Below, piece after piece: positions 35,304 to 42,823 of a DNA stretch of 64,000 nt. Position 1 is the stretch's first letter. Each line of letters starts with the position of its first letter. Where the stretch lies: NCBI GenBank assembly GCA_910587205.1, contig CAJULZ010000001.1, positions 1,889 to 65,888 on the forward strand, in the 5' to 3' direction. Position numbers and translations under genes: made by a program. The DNA comes from an uncultured Oscillospiraceae bacterium. Lineage in GTDB: Bacteria; Bacillota; Clostridia; Oscillospirales; Oscillospiraceae. Below the pieces are notes generated by a model, which saw only the letters and a list, made by a program, of their open reading frames with translations, was not told the origin of the DNA and did no database searches.

Positions 35304-37181
35304 ATGGCAGACTGGAAGGACCAGGATAAGGATCTGATCTTTGCCTTGGATATTGGGACGCGCAGCGTAGTAGGCATTGTGGGCAGGCCGGTGGGGGACC
35401 GGTTGAAGGTGATGGATGTGGAGATGGCCGAGCATGGCAAGCGCGCCATGATGGACGGCCAGATCGATGACATTCGGCAGGTAGGTGCTTTGGCAAGAAC
35501 CGTGACGGAGCAGCTGGAAAGCCGCCTGGGTATCCGCCTGGAGCGGGTATGCGTGGCTGCCGCAGGCCGCGCCCTGCGCACCCAGGTGGGTTCGTTTAGT
35601 CTGGAACTGCCCGAGGAGCAGTCCATTGACGCCGAGCAGATCAGCCAGCTGGAGGCCGGGGCCGTGTCCGCGGCGGAGGAAGCGCTCCAGAGCGACGGCG
35701 GGAACCGGAAACAGATGTTCCTGGTGGGCTACACGGTGGCCCAGTACCGTTTGGACAACTATCCTCTGTCCAACCTCCAATTCCACACGGGGCGCAAGGT
35801 AGAGGCCGACGTAGTTGCAACTTTCCTTCCCGGCGAGGTGGTGGAAAGCCTGTACGCCGCTATGCGAGAGGCAGGACTCCAGGTAGCCAGTATGACGTTG
35901 GAGCCCATTGCCGCCATGAACGCGGCCATTCCTGCTGAACTGCGGCTGCTGAACCTGGCCCTGGTGGACATTGGCGCGGGTACTACGGATATTGCGTTGT
36001 GCCGAGACGGGAGCGTGGTGGGCTACACCATGGCGACAGTGGCCGGGGACGAGATTACCGAGGCGATTATGCGTTCCTACCTGGTGGACTTTAAAACCGC
36101 CGAGGAGGTTAAGCGGGCCTTGGGCGAGAGTGAAGATCTCATCCGCTGCCGCAATATCTTAGGGCAGGAGGAGCGGGTATCGCCGGCAGAGGCGGCCGAG
36201 GTCATTCAGGAGCCCATGAATAAACTGGCGGAGGCCATTGCAAAGCAGATCCTTGGGGTGAACGGTTCGGCCCCGTCCGCCGTATTCCTGGCGGGGGGTG
36301 GCAGCAAGCTGTCCGGCCTGCGGGAGCGGGTGGCGGAAAAATTGGAGATGGATGAGAAACGGGTGGCCATTGCGGGAAACAACTATGCCTTGAGTGCATT
36401 TTCCGATACTCTGGAGTTAGAGCGCCCGGAGTATGCCACACCCTTAGGCATCGCGATTTCGGCGGGCCTGGGCCTGCTGAACGACAGCTATGTGGTTATG
36501 CTCAACGGGCAGAGCGCCAAGCTGTTCCGCAATGGCGTGCTTACCCTCCGGGACATCCTGCTGATGAACGGTTACAGCTACGCCGACATGGTGGGGAAGA
36601 CGGGCAAGAGCCTTAACCTCACTGTAGACGGCAAGCGGGTGGTGCTGCGGGGTGAGCCCGCAGTGCCTGCGGTGCTCCAGGTGAATGGGGAAGAAGCCGC
36701 ACTGTCCACCTTGGTCCATGCGGGGGATCATATCCGTTTCATTCCCGCCCGCAACGGAGAGTCTGCCCACCGCACCTTGGAGGAGCTGCTGGGCCCGGGA
36801 TTTTTTGGGAAAGCCCTGGTAAATAACGGCCAGGTACCGCTGAATACCCCGTTGGAGCAGGGAGACGTGGTGCTTACTATGCGTCAGACGCCGCCTGCGG
36901 CGTTCCATCCAGAGCCGCCCCCCGCCGCGCCCCAGCCGTCCCGTCCAGCGGCCGCGCCTGCGGCCCGGCCCAGCGGCCTGCATATCACCCTGAACGGTGA
37001 GGCGCTGGAACTCCCGGCGAAGGAGAACGGGAGCCACTACTATCTGATGGATCTGTTGGAGTATTCCGGCATCGACTTTGAGCACCTGGATAGGGCGGTG
37101 CGGCTGGAGGTCAACGGCAAGGCGCAGGGCTTCCAGTACCAGCTGAAGGCGCAGGATTCTGTCGTCATTTCGCTGGAGTGA
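35304..37181 (+). CDS. FtsA-like actin-fold ATPase with C-terminal ThiS/MoaD-like (beta-grasp) domains
   Basis: ALDIGTRSV, M.DGQI.DI, LEPIAA, VDIGAGTTDI, AGD.IT and VFLAGGGSKL motifs. The tail has repeated VNG......L..GD.(I/V) motifs. Confidence 0.85.
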   Translation: MADWKDQDKDLIFALDIGTRSVVGIVGRPVGDRLKVMDVEMAEHGKRAMMDGQIDDIRQVGALARTVTEQLESRLGIRLERVCVAAAGRALRTQVGSFSLELPEEQSIDAEQISQLEAGAVSAAEEALQSDGGNRKQMFLVGYTVAQYRLDNYPLSNLQFHTGRKVEADVVATFLPGEVVESLYAAMREAGLQVASMTLEPIAAMNAAIPAELRLLNLALVDIGAGTTDIALCRDGSVVGYTMATVAGDEITEAIMRSYLVDFKTAEEVKRALGESEDLIRCRNILGQEERVSPAEAAEVIQEPMNKLAEAIAKQILGVNGSAPSAVFLAGGGSKLSGLRERVAEKLEMDEKRVAIAGNNYALSAFSDTLELERPEYATPLGIAISAGLGLLNDSYVVMLNGQSAKLFRNGVLTLRDILLMNGYSYADMVGKTGKSLNLTVDGKRVVLRGEPAVPAVLQVNGEEAALSTLVHAGDHIRFIPARNGESAHRTLEELLGPGFFGKALVNNGQVPLNTPLEQGDVVLTMRQTPPAAFHPEPPPAAPQPSRPAAAPAARPSGLHITLNGEALELPAKENGSHYYLMDLLEYSGIDFEHLDRAVRLEVNGKAQGFQYQLKAQDSVVISLE

Positions 37182-37209
37182 TCCTAAGGACATAAGAGGT
37201 GTTATTCCC

Positions 37210-38286
37210 ATGCCTTTTGGAAAAGGAAAGGGGCCTAAGGCCCCCAAACCCCCGAAGGAGAAGAAACCCAAGAAGCTGAAAAAAGGGAAAGGGGCAAAAC
37301 AGGGGGAGTCCCAGCCCGCGGAGGGCCAGGAGGCTGCCGCAAAAAAGAAGCTTAACCCGATTTTTCTCGTTATCTCCCTGGTGGTGATCGCCGCTGCCGC
37401 GGCAATCGTCGTCTTTGTAGTGTTGCCCCGGTTCCGTGGCGAGGATGCGCCCCCGGAGCCCACCCCGACGGTAGAGCCTCAGCCCCCTGAGCTTCCGGAG
37501 GAGTTGAAGGTAGGGGAGGAGCTGTCTGTAGTTGGTATGGCCCTGGGTGGGGACGAGAGCGGCGCGGAAGCGGTCCTGGCCAAGACGATTACATACACCT
37601 ACATCAACCTGAACGATGCCGGGAAGGCCGCGGAGACCTATGTGGGGCAGCTTTCCCAGGCTGAGGAGCCGTTCTCCGTAGTGGATGAGGAGTTTGTCCT
37701 CACAGACCGGCCCGATTTTGCCGCGCCGGAGGGTTCAGTAATTATGGCGAGAAACCTGCCCCTGCCGAAGCCGGAGGAGACTCTTGAGGAGGAAAGCGGT
37801 GAGCCAGAGGAGTCAGGGCCGGAGCCCGGCGAGTCCGGTGAGCCGGAAGAATCCCCGGAGCCCACGCCCACGCCCACGCCGGAGCCGGTGGAGCCGCCGG
37901 AGCGTATGGTGCTCACGGTGCGCATCAAATGGTCTGAGGGCCAGTGCGTTGTCACTGCGGATGAGGAGGTTGGCATGGTGACCTCTCCACCGCGGGACAA
38001 TGTTCCCAGCGGGGAGGCAGTTACCATGCGTGGGGCGGTGGACCGGTTGAAGGCGATGAACCCGGCTGAGCTGGGTTTGCCTGGCGAGTCGATGGATGCC
38101 TATGAGGTGCTCGCTGTGGACGGCGTGGCCATGGTGGACGGCGCGGCTTGTATCCGTGTGCATGTTTACAGCGAGGAGAACTCCGCCCAGAGCAGCGAGT
38201 TTATGGGCAGTTTCCTGATGAGTATTGACGGACGCCACCTGTACCGTGTCGACTCCATCACTGATGAGGTTGAAATAATAAAATAA
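37210..38286 (+). CDS. Single-pass membrane protein of unknown function
   Basis: Lys-rich cytoplasmic N-terminus, one TM helix (IFLVISLVVIAAAAAIVVFVVL), acidic outer domain with a Pro/Glu insert. Confidence 0.75.
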   Translation: MPFGKGKGPKAPKPPKEKKPKKLKKGKGAKQGESQPAEGQEAAAKKKLNPIFLVISLVVIAAAAAIVVFVVLPRFRGEDAPPEPTPTVEPQPPELPEELKVGEELSVVGMALGGDESGAEAVLAKTITYTYINLNDAGKAAETYVGQLSQAEEPFSVVDEEFVLTDRPDFAAPEGSVIMARNLPLPKPEETLEEESGEPEESGPEPGESGEPEESPEPTPTPTPEPVEPPERMVLTVRIKWSEGQCVVTADEEVGMVTSPPRDNVPSGEAVTMRGAVDRLKAMNPAELGLPGESMDAYEVLAVDGVAMVDGAACIRVHVYSEENSAQSSEFMGSFLMSIDGRHLYRVDSITDEVEIIK

Positions 38287-38295
38287 GCACAAAGC

Positions 38296-38335
38296 GACCG
38301 CCAGGCCGGCAATATGCTGGCCTGGTGGTCTTCTT
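38296..38335. terminator. Intrinsic terminator between convergent genes
   Basis: GACCGCCAGGCCGGCA-ATA-TGCTGGCCTGGTGGTC stem (with G-U pairs) followed by TTCTT. Confidence 0.7.
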
Positions 38336-39632
38336 ATGCAGGGAGGAGTTCCATACGCTCCACCGTTCCGGCCAAACGGAGGGGGATGCTGCGGCTGCCC
38401 ATCAGGGTATGGGCAAGAAAAATGGGAGTGAGCACACCCTCCAGGATGGGGACGCTGGAGCGTATGGAGAGGGCTTCCCTGGGAGTAAGCGCCTGAGTGA
38501 TGGCGGGGGAGACGTGGGTGATATGCAATCCATATTCCAGGGCCAGGGCGGAAATCTGCTTGGCGGTGACGGCGGTGCGGGCAGTCCAGTCCAGGGGGCG
38601 GAAGCCGATAAGACCGCTGAACCGTCCGGCGATCTCCCGCAGCACCCCGGAGCGGATAAGAGCCAGCCGGGCGGCCTCGTCTGCGTGGAACAGCCGGCTG
38701 GGCAGGTCCGCGTAGGCGGGCAGGGGAGGCGCGGCAGCCTCCCCTGCCGGGGGGGCAAATCCCAATGGGGGCCGCCCCCCGGCAGATAAATCAGAGTTGG
38801 TGGTGAATAAAAAGATACAGCGACGGAAGTCCAACTCCCGGCCATCATGGCTGTCCTCCCGGCGGGCAGTGGCGCGGCCCTCGTCCAGGATGGACATGAA
38901 CACCTTCAGCACTTCCGGATGGGCCTTATCCAGCTCATCGAACATAAACACTGTGTGGGGACAGCGGCGCACCGCCTCCAGTACGGGGGGATCATCATAC
39001 CCCACGTAGCCGGGCGGCGCACCGGTGAGACGGTAGACGGAATGGGGCTGGGTAAAGGTGTTCAATTCTGTCCACACCATACGATAGCGCTCCTCCCCCA
39101 GGCAGCGGTTTAAAGCGGGCGCCACCGCTTTGCCCAGTTCGGATTTGCCCACGCCTGTGGGCCCATAAAAGATGAGGGAGAGGGGGCGGAGGGGTTTTTG
39201 TTTGCAGATATAGCCCCAGAGTTTAAAGGCTACGGCTTCCACCGCATGGTCCTGGCCCAGTACGCAGTCTCGGAGCTCTTGCCGCAGGCGAGAAAACAGG
39301 CTGTCGCCGGGACGCAGGGCGGCATCCCGATCCAGGGCCTGGAGGCAGCCGGTCATGGCGTGGAAGCTGGCGAAACGCTGGACCGCGCCCTGCTGGAAGA
39401 AGGAGCTCAGGCGGGGGTCTGTCCCATCATAGACCACAGAGGGACGGAAGTAGAGCAGGTAGTCATCTCCGCAGCGCCAGAACCCGACCTGGGCCTGGCT
39501 GGGACGGCAGCCTGCGGGGAGCTTGCAAGATGCAAACTCATAGCTGCGCCCCAGGCGGGCGCAGGCGTCAATTTTTTGCTTCAGCATGGCATAACCCGAG
39601 GGCCCGCAGGCACAGAATTGGGAAAGATCCAG
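38334..39632 (-). CDS. Single-module Clp/ClpB-D2-type AAA+ ATPase with an unknown N-terminal domain
   Basis: VLGQDHAV, GPTGVGKSEL, pore loop GAPPGYVGY, FDELDKAHP, ILDEGR and DFRRCIFLFTTN. Start uncertain; CTG 39632 follows AAAGGGGG. Confidence 0.85.
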   Translation of the reverse strand: MDLSQFCACGPSGYAMLKQKIDACARLGRSYEFASCKLPAGCRPSQAQVGFWRCGDDYLLYFRPSVVYDGTDPRLSSFFQQGAVQRFASFHAMTGCLQALDRDAALRPGDSLFSRLRQELRDCVLGQDHAVEAVAFKLWGYICKQKPLRPLSLIFYGPTGVGKSELGKAVAPALNRCLGEERYRMVWTELNTFTQPHSVYRLTGAPPGYVGYDDPPVLEAVRRCPHTVFMFDELDKAHPEVLKVFMSILDEGRATARREDSHDGRELDFRRCIFLFTTNSDLSAGGRPPLGFAPPAGEAAAPPLPAYADLPSRLFHADEAARLALIRSGVLREIAGRFSGLIGFRPLDWTARTAVTAKQISALALEYGLHITHVSPAITQALTPREALSIRSSVPILEGVLTPIFLAHTLMGSRSIPLRLAGTVERMELLPA

Positions 39633-39717
39633 GGCAGACGCCCCCTTTCTAATGGCATTATAGCCAAGTGAAGGGAGGTTCAGCCGCCATTGGGGGGAAA
39701 ATTGTCCAGAAAACAGC

Positions 39718-39745
39718 AAAAAGCCGGCCCAGTGGGCCGGCTTTT
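39718..39745. terminator. Intrinsic terminator ending the flgM...yjfB operon
   Basis: AAAAGCCGGCCC-AGT-GGGCCGGCTTTT. Confidence 0.85.
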
Positions 39746-39752
39746 CCTGCCG

Positions 39753-39935
39753 TTACGCGTAGGTGTCAATGTACTGGCCCTTGGCGGGGGAGGGGACAGC
39801 TTCCAACATCTTTGCCAACTCCTGGCCGGCCAGCTCCTGACTGTCCATCATCTTCTTGGTGACGGCCAAAGAGTAGTTTGTGGCAAACGATGCGGCACTC
39901 ATGCCCATCGACATGCTGGCGATTGATTCCATCAT
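39753..39935 (-). CDS. YjfB-family putative motility protein
   Basis: 60 aa, SIASMSM.MS......SLAVTKKMMD......L..M.....KG..ID pattern, AGGAGG RBS. Confidence 0.8.
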   Translation of the reverse strand: MMESIASMSMGMSAASFATNYSLAVTKKMMDSQELAGQELAKMLEAVPSPAKGQYIDTYA

Positions 39936-39938
39936 AGG

Positions 39939-40211
39939 TCAGTCCTCCTTTCGCCCCGGAGACGCCGGGGTTTGGGTCTTATGGTCCAGCACGCCGCCCA
40001 GCAGGTCCAGGAGTTCGGCGGGAGTGGCCTCCTCCATCGCGGAATCGCGGTTAGCGGCGGCCGCGATGACCAGTTCGCTGCGCAAGATCGGAATATCATC
40101 CGGCGCGGAAATGGCCAGGCGTACCCGGGCGCCGTCCACAGAGACCACGCGGACAGTGATGTCCTCGCCGATCACCAGGGACTCGCCGGCTTTGCGTTGC
40201 AGGATCAACAT
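39939..40211 (-). CDS. csrA: Carbon storage regulator CsrA
   Basis: MLILQRKAGESLVIGEDI.V.V....G..VRL.I.AP..I.I.R.E. Adjacent to fliW. Confidence 0.95.
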   Translation of the reverse strand: MLILQRKAGESLVIGEDITVRVVSVDGARVRLAISAPDDIPILRSELVIAAAANRDSAMEEATPAELLDLLGGVLDHKTQTPASPGRKED

Positions 40212-40657
40212 GGTGCGTCCTCCTCTGTGCTGAATTGGGCCAGGGGATGGCGCATTTCATAGGCGTCCGACTCCAGGATGACCTGGCGGGCGGCCCGGGT
40301 GGACGGATTGATAGCCACCGGGCATTTCAGGTTCACCGTGCTGTCGGAGACTGGCTTTTTGACCACGCACAGCACATAGAAAGCGAGCTCCTGGCTGTCG
40401 GTCACGCCCAGCGCCTCCAATTCATTGGGCTGGAGGACGGGGGTGTAGCCCGGCAGCAGGGCAAAGGGATCCATGGCCACGAAAGCCAGCGCAGGGGTCT
40501 GAATGCTTTGGAAGCACAGCAGGGAACCGGCGCTGCCCTCAAAGGGCAGAAGGAGAAACTCATGCTCATCCTCAAAGCTGAACGGGCCAACGGGGAATTT
40601 GACAATATCCCCCGCCTCATAATCGATTTCACCGAAATATTTGGTCTGGAGCTTCAA
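40205..40657 (-). CDS. fliW: Flagellar assembly factor FliW
   Basis: TKYFGEI, F..G...FE, LAF...DPF...Y and TVNL..P..IN motifs. TTG start after AGGAGG. Confidence 0.92.
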   Translation of the reverse strand: MKLQTKYFGEIDYEAGDIVKFPVGPFSFEDEHEFLLLPFEGSAGSLLCFQSIQTPALAFVAMDPFALLPGYTPVLQPNELEALGVTDSQELAFYVLCVVKKPVSDSTVNLKCPVAINPSTRAARQVILESDAYEMRHPLAQFSTEEDAPC

Positions 40658-40686
40658 AGGAACGCCTCCTGTCGGGTGTGGTTCCG

Positions 40687-41295
40687 TCACGCCTCAACGT
40701 CTACGGGCTGGTAGTTGGGATCGGCGGAGGGGGGCACGTAGAGGGGGCCGCCAACATACTTGATAATGACGTCGGGCTGCTGGGTCACGGACAGCTCAAT
40801 ATCGCCGGGAGTAAATTCGAACTGGGGATGATTTACCCGCCAATCGAAATTCAGCTTATCCATCTCATAACGAATATGCATCTCGCCGGGATCCCATGTG
40901 ATTTCGGGACCCACAGAGGGCAGGAACTTGATGCCGGAGTTGGGGTGGTAATTTTTCATAGTGGATTCTGCCGCAAACTGCGTAATCATATCCTGTCCAA
41001 TCTTGGCGTCCAACAGCATTTGACCATGCTGGGCATAGGTGGCAGTGGCGGTATAGGAGGCCTGCTGGCCCTGCTGGGAATACTGCTCAATGGAGCGCAC
41101 AGCGGTGGGCACCACAGAATTGCGGGCCTCAAAGGTGTCGATGTTCAGCTTGATGGGCCTGCTTTTGATGCTCAGGCCGCCGTCCCCCCGTGAGATCTCC
41201 AAGTCAGCGGTACCGCGGCTATACTCCAGCTTGGCATGGGAGACCTTCATCTCAATTTCAATGGGGACAGTTTTGATTTCAATCAGGGGGTACAT
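40687..41295 (-). CDS. YviE/DUF6470-like protein of unknown function
   Basis: Lies between flgL and fliW, as yviE does. P.KL.ID and C-terminal Q.P...I.YVG.P.YVPP pattern. Confidence 0.7.
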   Translation of the reverse strand: MYPLIEIKTVPIEIEMKVSHAKLEYSRGTADLEISRGDGGLSIKSRPIKLNIDTFEARNSVVPTAVRSIEQYSQQGQQASYTATATYAQHGQMLLDAKIGQDMITQFAAESTMKNYHPNSGIKFLPSVGPEITWDPGEMHIRYEMDKLNFDWRVNHPQFEFTPGDIELSVTQQPDVIIKYVGGPLYVPPSADPNYQPVDVEA

Positions 41296-41341
41296 AATCT
41301 CATTCGCTGCTCCTTCCTCTTATAATTCCGCCATCCCGGGG

Positions 41342-42805
41342 TCAGTTCAAATAATCCATCAGGCTCTGGGAAAGGACGCTGTTTCCCACCTTCAATGCGG
41401 CGTTATAGGCATACTCCGCATATAGGAAAGAAGTGATGGCGTCCACCATATCTACAGACTCTAAATCAGAGTACTGCTCTTGGAGGGTATAGAAATTTTC
41501 CTTCAGCAGGGAGGAATTGTTTTCCAGTTTGGTGGTGCTGGCGGTGTGGTTGGTGAACTGGGTCTTAAACTCGGAGGACGCGCTCTCCAGCTTCAGCACC
41601 AGCCCGCGGAACTCCTCATGGGTGGGGGTGTCCCAAAGCCCCTCCTCGGGTACGCCGTCGGCAATTTCCCGCAGTTTCTGAACCAGGGAGTAGATGTTCC
41701 TGGGGTCGCCGTCCTCGTCCATGCCGTAGCCCAGGAAAGTCAGGCCGTTCAGGGCGGCATCAAAACCGCTGGACTCGATGAGCTGCCCGTTCTCATTTTC
41801 CTGGAAACCCAGGCCGATGTCGACAAACTGCTTCTCGTTGACCAGATATTTCAGCTTATCGGCATCCTGACAGGCTTTTTCGTAGCTGGACACAGTCATT
41901 GTAGCATCGCCAGCGTTCGTGACATAGTAGTTTTTTCCGTCGACGGACACCACTTCGGGAGTGCCGTCGGCCTTTTTCAAAACGCTGCCCATCGTGGAAT
42001 CATAGTTGGATTTATCGACCAGATCCGTGGTCTTATACCAAAGCTGCTTACCGTCGCTGCGGTTGACCTCGGTATAATTTTCGGGGTCCGGGGGCGCGGC
42101 GGCAATGGGGGTGGCGCCCTGTTTCACGTAAAACTGTTTCCCATTTGCGGTTGCCGCGGCGGTGAACGGAACCGGCGGAGTTGCGCCATTGGTCTCCAAA
42201 GCGGGCAGCTCCTCCACCGTTTTGGCGCTGGCCAACACGTAGCTGCCGTCACTTAAAGTGACGGGTACGCCGCCGTCCTGCAACAACTTGGGTTCCGACG
42301 CATCCACCGGCACGCCCCGGTAGTACAGCTTGTTGTCCTTTACCTCGAAGGGGACGTTATGGCCGTCTGCCCCGGCGAAGATGAAGTTGTCGCCGTACTT
42401 CTGGTTCATATTCTGCACGATGGTCTCAGAGAGCTGATCCAGGGCCTTGGTCAGCTGGGTGCGGGCCTCTCCCTTAGGATCGTTGAGCATCTGCAGCGTG
42501 GTGTCCTTCAGGGTGCTCATTTCGGTACCGTTTTTGGTATCAATGAGTTTATCGATGGCGTCCAGACAGGTGAAGGCAGACTGATACTTGCTGATGGCGC
42601 TGTTACAGATCTTGTACTGGCTTTCCACAGCCATACGAGACTTGTGCAGGCGGAACGCCCTGGAGGCCGCCGCGGGATCCTCGGCGTAGGAATTGAAATT
42701 GCGCTGGGTGAGCACCGTGGTCCGGGCCTTATTCTGCGCAATAAAGGAGTGCATCAGGTTGCTGCGGTAGCTTTTCAGCACACCGCCGGTAGTTGCACGG
42801 ATCAT
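41342..42805 (-). CDS. flgL: Hook-associated protein 3 FlgL
   Basis: EDPAAA, N.KYG.NFIFAG and C-terminal S.LE.VD...AIT......Y.AAL......L.QSLMDYL. Confidence 0.9.
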   Translation of the reverse strand: MIRATTGGVLKSYRSNLMHSFIAQNKARTTVLTQRNFNSYAEDPAAASRAFRLHKSRMAVESQYKICNSAISKYQSAFTCLDAIDKLIDTKNGTEMSTLKDTTLQMLNDPKGEARTQLTKALDQLSETIVQNMNQKYGDNFIFAGADGHNVPFEVKDNKLYYRGVPVDASEPKLLQDGGVPVTLSDGSYVLASAKTVEELPALETNGATPPVPFTAAATANGKQFYVKQGATPIAAAPPDPENYTEVNRSDGKQLWYKTTDLVDKSNYDSTMGSVLKKADGTPEVVSVDGKNYYVTNAGDATMTVSSYEKACQDADKLKYLVNEKQFVDIGLGFQENENGQLIESSGFDAALNGLTFLGYGMDEDGDPRNIYSLVQKLREIADGVPEEGLWDTPTHEEFRGLVLKLESASSEFKTQFTNHTASTTKLENNSSLLKENFYTLQEQYSDLESVDMVDAITSFLYAEYAYNAALKVGNSVLSQSLMDYLN

Positions 42806-42823
42806 ACGGGAAACCCTCCTTAC

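Noticed and set aside
41342..42805. Possible flagellin gene
   Set aside because: The flagellin-like termini fit FlgL by position after flgK and by the SLMDYL ending. No true flagellin was seen in the window.
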